Shown one piece after another: positions 28,861 through 39,089 of a stretch of 64,000 bases of DNA. How positions within the stretch are numbered: the first letter of the stretch is position 1; each line of letters starts with the position of its first letter. Source of the DNA: an uncultured Pseudomonadota bacterium (GTDB lineage: Bacteria > Pseudomonadota > Gammaproteobacteria > Xanthomonadales > Rhodanobacteraceae); contig CAVZZK010000004.1 in the NCBI GenBank assembly GCA_963779795.1, forward strand, positions 129,967 to 193,966, written 5' to 3'. The notes below the pieces were generated by a model that saw nothing but the letters and a program-made list of their open reading frames with translations, did no database searches and was not told where the DNA came from. A program made the position numbers and the translations under genes.

Positions 28861-31800
28861 TTACCGTGCGATGGCCTTGCGTTTGGAATCGAGGGCGAGA
28901 ACGACGGGCATGACCAGCAACACCAGCGGCAGCTGGACCAGTGCGCCGGAGATGATGGCGATCGCCAGCGGTTGCAGCATCTGATCGCCGGAACCGCTGA
29001 TGGCGGCGCCGAGCGGCACCAGCGCGAGGATCATGGCCAGTGTGCTCATCGTGATCGGCCGCAGGCGATTCAGCGCTGCTTCCCGCAACGCTTGCGCGGG
29101 GGGCATGGCCGGCACGAGAACGTGATACTCGGAAACGAGGAAAATCGCCATTTCGGTGGCGATGCCGACGATCATCACCATGCCCATCATGGCGGTGATG
29201 TTCAGTTCGACGCCGGTCAGCAACAGGCCGATGAAAACCGCGCCGGTGGAGATCAGCGAGCTGAGTACGATGACGATCGAGACCAGGAGACGCTGGTACA
29301 GGAACAGCAGCAGTATGATCTCGGCGATCACCGCCGCGGCAAACACCTTGATCATGCCTTTAGCCGCCATCTGCTGCTGCTTGTATTCGCCGCCGAAGCT
29401 GTAGTACACGCCCGACGGGATCAACCCGGGTCGCGACAGCACCCGCTTGACGGCCGCGATGGTGGAACCCAGGTCGTGGCCGCCGCCGATTTGCGCGGTG
29501 ACCGCGACGATCTGCGCGAGGTTATCGCGAGTCAGTTGCGGTTGCCCTGCCACGAATCGCGTCGTGGCCACCGTGCCGAGCGGAAAAATGTGACCGTTCG
29601 CCGCGCGAATCGGCAGCTCGCCCAGCTGATCCTTGTAAATGGTGGATTTCGAAGGTTTGAGCCACAAACGCACGCCGACGTCACGCACCGAGCCGAGATA
29701 GCGGGTCACGGTTGCACCGTTGAGGTAGTGATAGACCTGATCGCGCACCTGTACAGGTGTGAGATGTTCCAGCGCCGCCGCCGCCGGATCGACGTGAATT
29801 TCCAGCGCGTCGCCGGCGGGGACCACGCCGTTGTCGACCGAGGCCGGTTCGACACCGGGAACCTTGGCGATGGCACTTGCCACGTTGTTGGCAACCTTGC
29901 CCAGCACGCCCGGGTCTTTCGCGCTGAGCTGGATGACCACCGGCTGACGGCGACCGACCATGTCTCCGATCATGTCACCCATGAGCATGTGCGGATCGAA
30001 ACGCACGCCGGGCACCAGACGCGTGATTTTCGCCGTCAGTTCGTCCATGACGGTCCAGATCGGCGCGCGTTTGGACGGGTCGATCAGATGGATGAAGAAA
30101 TCGCCCTGGTAGGTCTCTTTCAGGTCGCCGCCGAGGCCGGCACCGGCGCGTCGCGAGTAGGTGTCGACGCGCGGGTCCTGCTTGAGGATGGCTTCGATCT
30201 GTTGCAGCTCGCGGTCGGTTTCGCCCAGCGACGTTCCGGGTGCGGTCTGGTAATCGAGTACGAAGCCGCCCTCGTCCATGCGCGGCAGGAAGCCGGTGCC
30301 GACGTGGCGGTAGGCGAGAAAACCGGCCAGCACCAGGACCAGGATACCGGGCAGGATCAGCAGCGGTCGGGCGAACAGCTTGTCGAGCAGTTTCGCATGC
30401 CAGCGGCGAAGCCTCGTTTCCTTGCCGTGTGCCGGATCCTGCCATTTGGAAAAATTGATGAGCCAATGCGCCAGCAACGGCACGGTGAACGCCGTCAGCA
30501 GGAACGAGATCACCAGCGAGGAGGCTACGGTCAATGACAGGAACTTGAAGAATGCACCGGTAACTCCCGACAGGAATGCGAGCGGGATGAATATGATCGT
30601 TGTCGCCAGGCTCGATCCCAGCAATGGCGACAGGAATTCCCTGGCGGCATGAACGGTGCTGACGCGGGCGCCACCCAGGTCCGGCGCGCCGCTGCGACGC
30701 GCGATGTGTTCGATCATCACGATCACATCGTCAATCAACAGGCCGATCGAGGCGGCAATGCCGCCGAGCGTCATGATGTTGAATGTCATGCCGAGCAATG
30801 ACAGCAACAGGACGCTGATCAGCACCGACATCGGCACCACCATCATCGCCACGGCGGTGACCCGCCAGTTTCGCAGGAAACCCGAGCAGCACGAATGCGG
30901 CGAATACGAGGCCGATCAGGATCGCTTCCTCCAGCGCGGCGATCGACGAACTGACCAGCTCGGTCTGGTCGTACCACTTCACCAGCTTGATCGATTTCGG
31001 CTGCGTCATCATGAACTGCCTGCAGGCGCTGATGGACCTGTTTCTCGAGATTTAGCGAATCGGCACTATCTTGCTGATACACGTCGAAAGTCACTGCCGG
31101 ACGACCGTTGTCGTCGACGAGCAGCCACTGCGGCACCGAACCCTCGCGTACGTCGGCGATGTCGGCGAGCCTTGACGAGGCCGTGTCCGGCGGTGCGCAG
31201 GGCAACGTTGCGCACCGACTCGATCGAGTTGAATGCGTTGTTGTTGACCGCCAGGTAAAGCAGGTCGTTGTCTTCGAGGCGTCCGACCGCACTGATCGTG
31301 TTCGTTGCTGGCGATGGCATTTGCCACATCGCCGATGCGACAGGCCGTAGGCCTGCAAGGTATGCGCGATTCACGGCGACCTGAATTTCCGGCACTTTGC
31401 CGCCGAGCACGCCGACCCGGCGAATGCCCTGGATGCCCGTCAGCAGCGGCGTGATCTGGTAGGTCGCCAGTTGGCGAAGGTCGGCCGGAGAAACCGAGTC
31501 GGAGATCAGCGCGTAGGACACGAACGGCATGATGATCGTCGGACTCATCTGGATCGCGTCGTAGGTCGTGCCCTTCGGCAAGTCCGGCAGCTTCTGCGCG
31601 AAGGCGGCGTCGACGCTCAAAAGCGCACGGCGCATGTCCGAACCCCAGGGGAAATCGACGAATATCTCCGCGGCGCCGCGTGAGGTGGTCGAAGTGACAT
31701 CGACGGCTCCCGGTACCGCTCGCGCGGCTACTTCCAGCGGTTCGGTGACTTCGATCAGCATCTGCTTGGCTGGCCTGCTGCCGGCACTGACCTCGATGCG

Positions 31801-31935
31801 GATACGCGGGAAACTGGTGACCGGAAACAGGCCGACAGGCAAATTGATTGCCGCGAACAGCCCCGCCACCGTAAGGGCGAGGCTGACGAACAGGATCGGA
31901 ACCCGCTGGTGTTCCAGCCAGGAGACGAAATTCAT
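28861..31935 (-). pseudogene. RND efflux permease (AcrB/HAE-like), interrupted by six frame changes between ~30877 and ~31359
   Basis: Homologous RND sequence continues across five track ORFs in rotating frames. 31066..31935 holds the N-terminus (MNFVSWLEHQRVPILFVS...). 30843..31358 holds QAYGLS, and later LADIADVREGSVPQWLLVDDNGRPAVTFDVYQQ. 31091..31327 holds VANAIASN. 30731..31012 holds MMTQPKSIKLVKWYDQTELVSSSIAALEEAILIGLVFAAFVLLGF. 28861..30852 is an intact 663-aa C-terminal part with GLLIDDVIVMIEH. Confidence 0.75.
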
Positions 31936-32978
31936 CGAGTCTTTCCGGCCGTGCGAGTCACGCGCAGACGCATGCCGTCTTGCAATTGATAGTTGCCCGA
32001 AAGCACGAGCGGTTCGGATGCGTTCAACCCGGCGCCGGAGATGACGTTCCTGTTGGCGTGAGAACCGAGCACCGAGACGTGCACCAGTCTCGCGCGCATT
32101 GCCCGCGCCTGGACCACGTAGGGCCGGCCCTGCTCGTCGACGAGGATGGCTGCGTGAGGTACGACGTAGCCGCTGATCTCGCCGGTGGTTATCGACGCTT
32201 CGGCAGCCTGGCCTGGTACCAGGCGCCCGGCTGGCAGTTCAATCTGTATCGGCACCAGGCCATTTGCCGCGTCGACCATCGCGGCGCGCAACAACACCTT
32301 GCCCGGGTACGTTGCGTGTTCACCAATTGGTGTGATCACGGCTTTGTCGTTCGGCTTGACCGCGTTCGCCTGTTTGGCGCGAAGACTCACTTTCAGCACC
32401 AATCCTTCGGGCCGGGCGAGAACCAGCAGCGGCGCGCCCTCGCTGACCAACGCTCCCGGAACGGCGGCGAGATCGGTCACGGTTGCGCGGTACGGTGCAC
32501 GCAGGACATGCGGGCCGTCGGCACCGCGCTGCCGGTAAGCCTCAAGCTGGGCTTGCGCATCGCTTTCGGATTTCTCCGCCTCGGCCAGTTGCTGGGTGTC
32601 GGCCAGTTGTTGCGATTGCATCCTGCGCGTGCGCTGCACCAGTTGCCGGGCGACGGCGTAGGCGCTGCGCGCCTGCTGCCAGGCGGCGGCTGTTTGCGGG
32701 CTCGGCAGCAGTTTGACGAGGGCGGCCCCCTTGGCCACAGCCTGACCGCGTTGCACGTAAACGTTTGCGACACGCACCGATATCGGGGCCATCATGTTCA
32801 GGGTCGCCGAGGGCCTGGGTTGCACGACGCCGTAGGCTTTGATCGTTTGTGGCAGCTTGCCTTTTTCGAGTTTGGTCAGCTTGACGAACGCGCTGGGTGC
32901 GCTTTGCGCTCCGAGTGCGGGCACGAACAGCGCGGCGGCGGACAAGACTAGGAAAGGGATGATCGATCGTTTATTCAT
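31932..32978 (-). CDS. RND periplasmic adaptor (membrane fusion protein)
   Basis: ATGA overlaps on both sides. Signal peptide MNKRSIIPFLVLSAAALFVPALGA. Coiled-coil hairpin (QQLADTQQLAEAEKSESDAQAQLEAY) flanked by beta-domains. Confidence 0.8.
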   Translation of the reverse strand: MNKRSIIPFLVLSAAALFVPALGAQSAPSAFVKLTKLEKGKLPQTIKAYGVVQPRPSATLNMMAPISVRVANVYVQRGQAVAKGAALVKLLPSPQTAAAWQQARSAYAVARQLVQRTRRMQSQQLADTQQLAEAEKSESDAQAQLEAYRQRGADGPHVLRAPYRATVTDLAAVPGALVSEGAPLLVLARPEGLVLKVSLRAKQANAVKPNDKAVITPIGEHATYPGKVLLRAAMVDAANGLVPIQIELPAGRLVPGQAAEASITTGEISGYVVPHAAILVDEQGRPYVVQARAMRARLVHVSVLGSHANRNVISGAGLNASEPLVLSGNYQLQDGMRLRVTRTAGKTR

Positions 32979-34375
32979 GGCTTGGCATCCGGTTTGGCCG
33001 GCGCGATGCGCGTGCGCGGCAGACCCAGGCCCAGTTCGACGTCCAGCCCGACGTAGGACTCGTCGAGGTTGCGACGCAGGGTATTGGCCTCGATCTGGCG
33101 TTGTGCAGCGGCGGATTCGTAGTCACTGTAGGTGCGCAGATCCAGATCACCGCGTGCCCGTGCCTTCCGCGCGTTCTCGGCAAGGACGCGCGACGTTGCG
33201 GCGATCTGTCTTGCGGCGTCTGCGTCGCCGGTCAGTTGGCGAATTCGTGCAACCAGGCTGCGTACCCGGTGGGCAGACGTGTCGATACGCGCCTGGTATT
33301 GGTCGTGCAGCAATTGGCGCGTGGCTCGTCGCCGGGCGATTTCGCCCTGGTTGCGATTGAAGATCGGCAGCGACAAGGTCAGCGTCGGGCCCGCGGAACG
33401 AACCCTGGATGTATCCGAATTCCAAGATCCGCCCAGTACCAGTGACGGAAACTGACCGAGTATGGCGGCGCGGACTTCCTGTTCGGAGGATTCGTAGCCC
33501 AGTCGCAATGCGATGAGGTCCGGTCGGCGCTGCGGCGCGTCGGTGATAAGGACATCAAGGTTCGCCGGCAGTTCGGGTGTGGCCGGACGCGCCAGGTGCA
33601 GGTGCACGTCGGGAGAAAGATTGAGCAGCGCATCGAGCGATTGCCAGTTGTGCAGGTGCGTGAGCCGCAGCGACGAAAGTGTCTGCTGCATCGAGGCCTG
33701 AGCAGCCAGCACCGGCGACAGTGTCGATGCGTCGATATCTCCGGCGCTCATTGCCGCGCGCGCGTGCCTGGCGGTCTCGCCGAGCGCATGCTGCGCGCGT
33801 TCCACGGTCGTGATGGATTGCGCGTCCCAGTACAGGTCGATCGCCAAAAGCCTTGCCTTTTGCGCGACCTGCCACTCGCGCCAGAGCAACTGCGCGTTCA
33901 CTTGCGAGATGCCGGCCCGGGCGGCATGGCGGCGTGCACGGTAGGTCAGCAACGCGCCGATGTCTTGCGAAAGTGAAGCCGAGTACGCGTCCGAAGTCGC
34001 GGGTCCGCCGAGCAAGGTTTCCTGTCCCAAACCCAGCGACGGATCGGGTAACAGCGAAGCTTGCAGGAGGCCGGCTCTGGCTGATTCCATTTCGCCGCGC
34101 TCGGCGCGCAGCGCCGGATCGTTGAGTACCGCCAGCAAGCCGATTTGCCCGGCGCGCAGCGGTTTGTCGAGGTCGATAACGATCGCCGGCCGTCCCGACG
34201 GCGCGGCCGGTACGACGTGGCGGATTTGCGAAAGCTTCCCGGCCAGATCCGGGCGCGTCGCAAGCGGCAGCGGATGATAGGTGGCACAGCCAGCCAACAT
34301 CAGTACGGCGCCCAGCAGGCACCGTCGCAACAAAAGTATGCGCGGCGTGTCCGGATTGTTTTTCAATAGCGTCAA
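32975..34375 (-). CDS. TolC-family outer-membrane efflux protein
   Basis: 466 aa. TTG start in the track (start uncertain). Lipobox-like MLAGCATY. Two OEP-type helical repeats. Confidence 0.75.
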   Translation of the reverse strand: MTLLKNNPDTPRILLLRRCLLGAVLMLAGCATYHPLPLATRPDLAGKLSQIRHVVPAAPSGRPAIVIDLDKPLRAGQIGLLAVLNDPALRAERGEMESARAGLLQASLLPDPSLGLGQETLLGGPATSDAYSASLSQDIGALLTYRARRHAARAGISQVNAQLLWREWQVAQKARLLAIDLYWDAQSITTVERAQHALGETARHARAAMSAGDIDASTLSPVLAAQASMQQTLSSLRLTHLHNWQSLDALLNLSPDVHLHLARPATPELPANLDVLITDAPQRRPDLIALRLGYESSEQEVRAAILGQFPSLVLGGSWNSDTSRVRSAGPTLTLSLPIFNRNQGEIARRRATRQLLHDQYQARIDTSAHRVRSLVARIRQLTGDADAARQIAATSRVLAENARKARARGDLDLRTYSDYESAAAQRQIEANTLRRNLDESYVGLDVELGLGLPRTRIAPAKPDAKP

Positions 34376-34411
34376 GACAACGCCTTGCCGGTCATTCGAA
34401 GGCCCGCTCGC

Positions 34412-35446
34412 TCAACGACGGTCACGGTAGACGATAAGTGCTCCGGCGGCTGGATCGCAAACATAGGCCTGGTGATCGCCGTCCGTCGCCACGCAATGCG
34501 AGTGCGCCGCGGCCGGTACGGTGGCCAGGGTCTTGAGTTGGCGGCTGTGCGTCAGCGCCAGCACGCTGAGCGTTTTGCTGACACCGCCAGGTGCGTACAG
34601 GTGCTGAAGTCGGGGGTTCCAGGCGACGATATCGACACCCGCACCCACCGTTGCGGTCGAAACCAACTTTCCGTCGTGTTCGGTATCCAGGGCGGCTACC
34701 TTGCCTTCCTTGCAGCCCACGAACAGCAGATGGCGGTGCACGGCCAGTGCCAGTCCGCGGCTGCCGATACACGGATTGGTCCAGCGCGCGGCGATGTGCG
34801 GCTTGTCCAGCGTCAGTTGAAGCGTGTGGTTCTTCCATTCGTTCGTGTAAGCGACGCCGTGCGCGTTGTCGATGACGAGCGATTCCGGGCCGCCGGGAAC
34901 CTCAATCGAGCCGACTTCGCGAAACTCCGGCGAGCCCTTTTTCACCAGGACGAATCGTTGAATTTGTTCGGCCCTGGGTTCGCTGACCCAGATCTCGTGA
35001 AGACGCGATACGTAACGCACGTAATCCGGACCGGACGCGAGCCGCGCCCGCGCCACGACCTTGCCGTTCGCGGGATTTACGGCCAGCAGGGTCTGGTTGT
35101 TTCGATTGCTGGCGAACAACAGGCCGGCGCCGAAATTGGCGGAGGTCGTACCGCGCCCCGGGCGTTTGCCCGCCGTCCTGGCATCGACCACGTGAAGCAG
35201 TGACTTGATCGCGTTCGACGCCGGATCGATCAGTACCAGTGCGCCACTCTGCGCCGCAGGAACGACGATGCGTCGCAGGTGCGCCGAGTAGATCATGTCA
35301 TCGAAGTCCAGGCCATGATTTCCGCCCGGAATGGCTATCGTATTCGGCCCGTTCGAATTATCGGCCATTCGACCGTCTTGACCGAGAGCCGCGGCACTCG
35401 ATGTAACCAGCAGGCAGGCCAACAAGATTTCAGGTCGGATACACAA
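34412..35446 (-). CDS. Secreted beta-propeller protein (YncE/YVTN-repeat-like), paralog 1
   Basis: Track ORF 34412..35485 (TTG). I prefer TTG 35446, preceded by AGGAG, giving the signal peptide LCIRPEILLACLLVTSSAAALG. Short beta-strand blades recur. It is recognisably similar to the 39090..40121 protein (GLDFDDM...LVLIDPASNA versus GDFDDL...LEVFNLKTGA). Confidence 0.6.
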   Translation of the reverse strand: MCIRPEILLACLLVTSSAAALGQDGRMADNSNGPNTIAIPGGNHGLDFDDMIYSAHLRRIVVPAAQSGALVLIDPASNAIKSLLHVVDARTAGKRPGRGTTSANFGAGLLFASNRNNQTLLAVNPANGKVVARARLASGPDYVRYVSRLHEIWVSEPRAEQIQRFVLVKKGSPEFREVGSIEVPGGPESLVIDNAHGVAYTNEWKNHTLQLTLDKPHIAARWTNPCIGSRGLALAVHRHLLFVGCKEGKVAALDTEHDGKLVSTATVGAGVDIVAWNPRLQHLYAPGGVSKTLSVLALTHSRQLKTLATVPAAAHSHCVATDGDHQAYVCDPAAGALIVYRDRR

Positions 35447-35634
35447 GGTGGAAAACTCCTGTTCAGTGGAAGATTCGATATGCAATTGTCAGTTGTCGCC
35501 GCCATGCGGATGCCCGCGGCGGTACCGGTTGACCGGTTTGCATACAGCCCCAGAAGATCTGCGCAAGTGAGCGGACTCGATTTTTACAGCACACTTGTGC
35601 GCAGGTCCGGACCATTCCGCAGCGTCGCGGAAAC

Positions 35635-35686
35635 ATTAAGCATGCTTCCTGTCGACGAGCTTAACAAAGGCTTAAAACGTATTAAG
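35635..35686. promoter_or_regulatory. Helically phased (A/C)TTAA(G/C/A) direct repeats; candidate OmpR-family (CusR-like) binding array
   Basis: ATTAAG 35635, CTTAAC 35660, CTTAAA 35671, ATTAAG 35681. The last three are spaced 11 and 10 bp apart. The array lies in the 320-bp spacer between the kinase gene end and the propeller/pump operon start. Confidence 0.3.
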
Positions 35687-35805
35687 AAATGACTGGGCAC
35701 GGCGATGCATCCTTGGCGGATTGCGCAGACTTGTCAATCGGTGTGGTGCAGTGCTGGATGCCCATGTGCCGAGCCATCCGGCGCCGGAGTCGCGTTGCAT
35801 CCGGG

Positions 35806-37197
35806 TCAAGCCGCGGTTTGATTGAGGACCTTGATCGTCGCTGACGAAGCCACAGGAAGCTTGAAATACACGCGCAACCCTCCCTGCGACAATGGTTCAG
35901 CGCATATCGAGCCGGCATGCAGGTCGATGATCGTACGGCAAATGGCCAGGCCAAGACCGCTTCCGTTGGACTGTACGGAACCAACGTCGAAACGCACGAA
36001 CCGGTCAAAGGCGCGCTGGCACTGACTGTGGGAAAGGCCGGGCCCGCCATCCTCGACGCTCAGACACCAGAAACCTCGAGAAACCAGCGACGTAATGACG
36101 ATGTTGCTACCGCTCGGCGAAACGCGAAGCGCATTGGTCAAGAGGTTGAATATCACTTGGCGCAGCCATTTTTCTTCCAGGTCGACCCAACCGTCGCCCT
36201 GGTGAGTGAGAACCAGGTTTTTGTGATCGTGTTCGACAAGTGCCAGCAGGTCCTGGTGAATATTTTTCAAGAATTCGCGCGGATCGGTGCGGCGTAACTT
36301 GAGAGTGACCCCATTTGCTTCTGCGCGGGATATGAACAGCAGATCGTCAATAAGCTGGTTGACCCGTTCGAGTTCTTCGATCTGAACCCGGGCGGCTTCG
36401 AGCGACGACTCGTCATGATTGCCTTCAACCAATAGCTGCTCCGCGTTCAGGCGAATCAGCGACAGTGGCGTCTTCAGTTCATGCGATACCTCGGCGGCGA
36501 ATTGCTGCGATTGCCTGAATGCCAGCTCCAACCGGTCAAACGTCTGGTTGAGCAGTTTGGCCAAGTCGGTAATTTCGTCTTCCACATGACTCACGGGTAT
36601 GCGCTCGGCCAGATTGTCGGAACGGATGCGCCGCGCGGTTGCGCCGATTGCGCGCAGCGACTTGAGGGTCAGGTGACTGAAGCCGATGCCGATGGCGAAA
36701 CTCACCATCAGCATGCACATCACGAGTGCGGCACACACCTCCGTGTACGCCTTCAGGCCCTCCATGATCTGTCGGGTCGGTGTGCCGATGGTGACGTCGA
36801 AGGGCGGCAGGAGAAATTCGGCGACCCGCAACTGACCGATGCCGGGGACGGAAGTGTCGTAGATGTGCTTGTGGGGAACATCGGGAATCGGACGCCCGTC
36901 AAGATTGTTGGAATAAAACAGCATCTGGTGTTTTGGATAATCGATGTTGATGTAGAACAACACCGATGCGTAGTTGGTCGTTTCGCGGATTTTCTGATCG
37001 ATGACCTCGCGTGTAAGAATTCCCGGGTGTGGACTCAGGCGCGCACTGATCTGTTCAAATTCCGCGCGGTTGAGTATGTCCAGATCGTGGAAGAAGTGGT
37101 TGCGCAGCAGAAAATAGCCCACCGCGAAAAGAACGACCAGGGTGGCGGTTGCGCTCAACGCATACCACACGGCGATGCGAGTGCCTATCTTTTTCAT
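35806..37197 (-). CDS. Sensor histidine kinase of the CusS/CopS (heavy-metal sensor kinase) type
   Basis: Two TM segments flank a ~150-aa periplasmic loop, followed by HAMP. H-box AAEVSHELKTPLSLI; HATPase boxes LLTNALRVS, EDGGPGL, GSGLGLAI. Confidence 0.8.
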   Translation of the reverse strand: MKKIGTRIAVWYALSATATLVVLFAVGYFLLRNHFFHDLDILNRAEFEQISARLSPHPGILTREVIDQKIRETTNYASVLFYINIDYPKHQMLFYSNNLDGRPIPDVPHKHIYDTSVPGIGQLRVAEFLLPPFDVTIGTPTRQIMEGLKAYTEVCAALVMCMLMVSFAIGIGFSHLTLKSLRAIGATARRIRSDNLAERIPVSHVEDEITDLAKLLNQTFDRLELAFRQSQQFAAEVSHELKTPLSLIRLNAEQLLVEGNHDESSLEAARVQIEELERVNQLIDDLLFISRAEANGVTLKLRRTDPREFLKNIHQDLLALVEHDHKNLVLTHQGDGWVDLEEKWLRQVIFNLLTNALRVSPSGSNIVITSLVSRGFWCLSVEDGGPGLSHSQCQRAFDRFVRFDVGSVQSNGSGLGLAICRTIIDLHAGSICAEPLSQGGLRVYFKLPVASSATIKVLNQTAA

Positions 37198-37853
37198 AGC
37201 ATCTGGTAACCGACACCCCGTATCGTCTTGAAGCGCTTTTGCTTGCCGGGGCCTTCCAGCTTCGTACGCAACCGGCTCATGTACACGTCCAGCAGATTGG
37301 TATCCACCAACCCCGGCCAGATGCGTTCGGAAATGTAGGAACGAGTGACGATGCGGCCGGCGTTCTGCATGAAGATCTCGAGCAGGGCAAATTCCCGGCT
37401 GGTCAGGTCGACATCCTCTCCGTCGACCTGGACCGAATGTGCCATGAGATCGAGCCGGACCCCCGAACGCTCAAGCACCGCCTGCTTCACGGATGCGTGT
37501 CGACGTATGAGCGAGCGGATGTGCGCGAGCAGTTCCTCGAAGCTGAATGGCTTGGGCAGATAATCGTCAGCGCCAAGGTCCAATCCCTCGATCCGGTCAT
37601 TGACGGTGTTGCGCGCGCTCAATATCAGCACGGGTTCATTGAAACCCGAGCGCCGCCACTGCCGCAACAGATCCAGTCCGTCACCGTCGGGCAGGCCAAG
37701 ATCGAGCACCACGACATCGAAGCTTGAGTCGGCCAGCAGGTTGTTGGCCTGGACGCAGGTTTGCGCCCACTGCACGGTGTAAGAGCGCTCCTTCAAGCCG
37801 CGGGTGAGAAATTCTCCAAGCCTTGGTTGATCTTCGACGATCAGTGCTTTCAC
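37194..37853 (-). CDS. OmpR-family response regulator (CusR/CopR-like)
   Basis: GTG 37853 (VKALIVEDQPRLGEFL). The upstream part of the track ORF is not REC-like. DVVVLDLGLPDGDGLDLL; winged helix ending IRGVGYQML. ATGA overlap with the kinase start. Confidence 0.8.
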   Translation of the reverse strand: MKALIVEDQPRLGEFLTRGLKERSYTVQWAQTCVQANNLLADSSFDVVVLDLGLPDGDGLDLLRQWRRSGFNEPVLILSARNTVNDRIEGLDLGADDYLPKPFSFEELLAHIRSLIRRHASVKQAVLERSGVRLDLMAHSVQVDGEDVDLTSREFALLEIFMQNAGRIVTRSYISERIWPGLVDTNLLDVYMSRLRTKLEGPGKQKRFKTIRGVGYQML

Positions 37854-38158
37854 AATCGGGATAACAGGTAGGGTTCGCGGCGAAGTGTACGCTTCAATTC
37901 GAAAAATTCGATGACGCATCGCAGCACATTTAGACGTCCATTCCGTGGCGTCTTACAAACAGCGTCACGAGACGGCTAACAATCTGAATGTCTTTTTAGC
38001 CGCTTTTCAGGTTGTGGACAGGAACGCTGCTTAACGTCGTTACGCAGTTACGTGATGGCTCCGCGGCAGTACGCGCCGGCGTCGCCATCTGCAGATCATC
38101 TGGTGCTTCCGGTGCCGGCAATTCGCCCGGCACACTTTCAGTATCAACGAGGAATAAT

Positions 38159-39037
38159 ATGACCAGCTTGTCGAAATATCCGGCTATCGCCGCGAGTCTG
38201 TTACTACTTGCCACTTCCGCTGTTTGCGCCGGAACCGCGCAAACCGGCAACTATGCTCAGTTCCTGATGGCCGCCAGCATCAAGACGCATCCGTCGGTAC
38301 GCGCCGAGACCATCGTGGTCGACACGGGATCGGGCCATCAGCCGGTGGTGGTGACCGCGAATGCCACGCGTAAGATGAGTGCCGCGCAGTTGCGCGCCAA
38401 AGGACTATCGTCATCCGGGCCGGACGCGGTCACGACACGCAAGACCGCTCACGGCTGGGTAGTGAGCCTGCCGCTGGACGACGTCGCGGGGCGCCCGGTG
38501 GGGCGTGTGCGTATCGCCTTCAAGGCCAATGTGCATGTGAGTTCCGCTGCGCAGAGCCAAGCTAGTCACATTGCCAAGGCCTTGTCCAGCCGGGTGCTGA
38601 AGCCGGGAAATCTGCTTGAACCGTTTCCCTATGTGGCGCATGCCCCGCCGACCGACACGGTCGCGCAAGCGCTGGTTGATCGCATGCTCAAACAGCATCC
38701 GCAGGTCCTGATCATTGGGCTTCACGCCAATATGCCGGGCAACAAGAACGTGATTCTCGCATCCAACATTGGCCGGATCGGCAAGGCCGCCGACGACGAT
38801 GACATGCGCGTAATCAAGACCGGCAAGGCAAATCTCGAAGTCAACAAGGACGGCACGCGTTTTGAAGTGGAGCTGCCGCTGCTCGATCGCGCTGGAGCCA
38901 CGGTGGGCGCGGTCGGCATCGTCTTTGCCTACAAGCAGGGCGACGACAAACAACGCATGGTCAAGTGGGCGACGGCGATCCGCGACGAAATGCGGCGTGC
39001 CATTGCCTCGGCCAGTGCGCTGGCGGCGCGAACCTGA
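38159..39037 (+). CDS. Secreted hypothetical protein with two PDC/Cache-like repeats
   Basis: ATG 38159 follows GAGGA. Signal peptide MTSLSKYPAIAASLLLLATSAVCAG. Two similar halves each end in ...GRPVGRVRIAF / ...GATVGAVGIVFAY. Confidence 0.55.
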   Translation: MTSLSKYPAIAASLLLLATSAVCAGTAQTGNYAQFLMAASIKTHPSVRAETIVVDTGSGHQPVVVTANATRKMSAAQLRAKGLSSSGPDAVTTRKTAHGWVVSLPLDDVAGRPVGRVRIAFKANVHVSSAAQSQASHIAKALSSRVLKPGNLLEPFPYVAHAPPTDTVAQALVDRMLKQHPQVLIIGLHANMPGNKNVILASNIGRIGKAADDDDMRVIKTGKANLEVNKDGTRFEVELPLLDRAGATVGAVGIVFAYKQGDDKQRMVKWATAIRDEMRRAIASASALAART

Positions 39038-39089
39038 GCAGGGCGCGCCGGACCCACCGACGAACCCCTCACGGAAAAGGTTTCGACTC

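Noticed and set aside
28735-30537. 600-aa plus-strand ORF
   Set aside because: It is antisense to the intact C-terminal 663-codon part of the RND gene. The composition is junk (runs of D/R/H/G/Q). The same reasoning rejects 23748..25109(+), 49227..50828(+), 51854..53452(+), 12111..13604(-), 8744..9370(+), 9532..10743(+), 21148..22239(+), 33555..34322(-) and 47231..48022(-).
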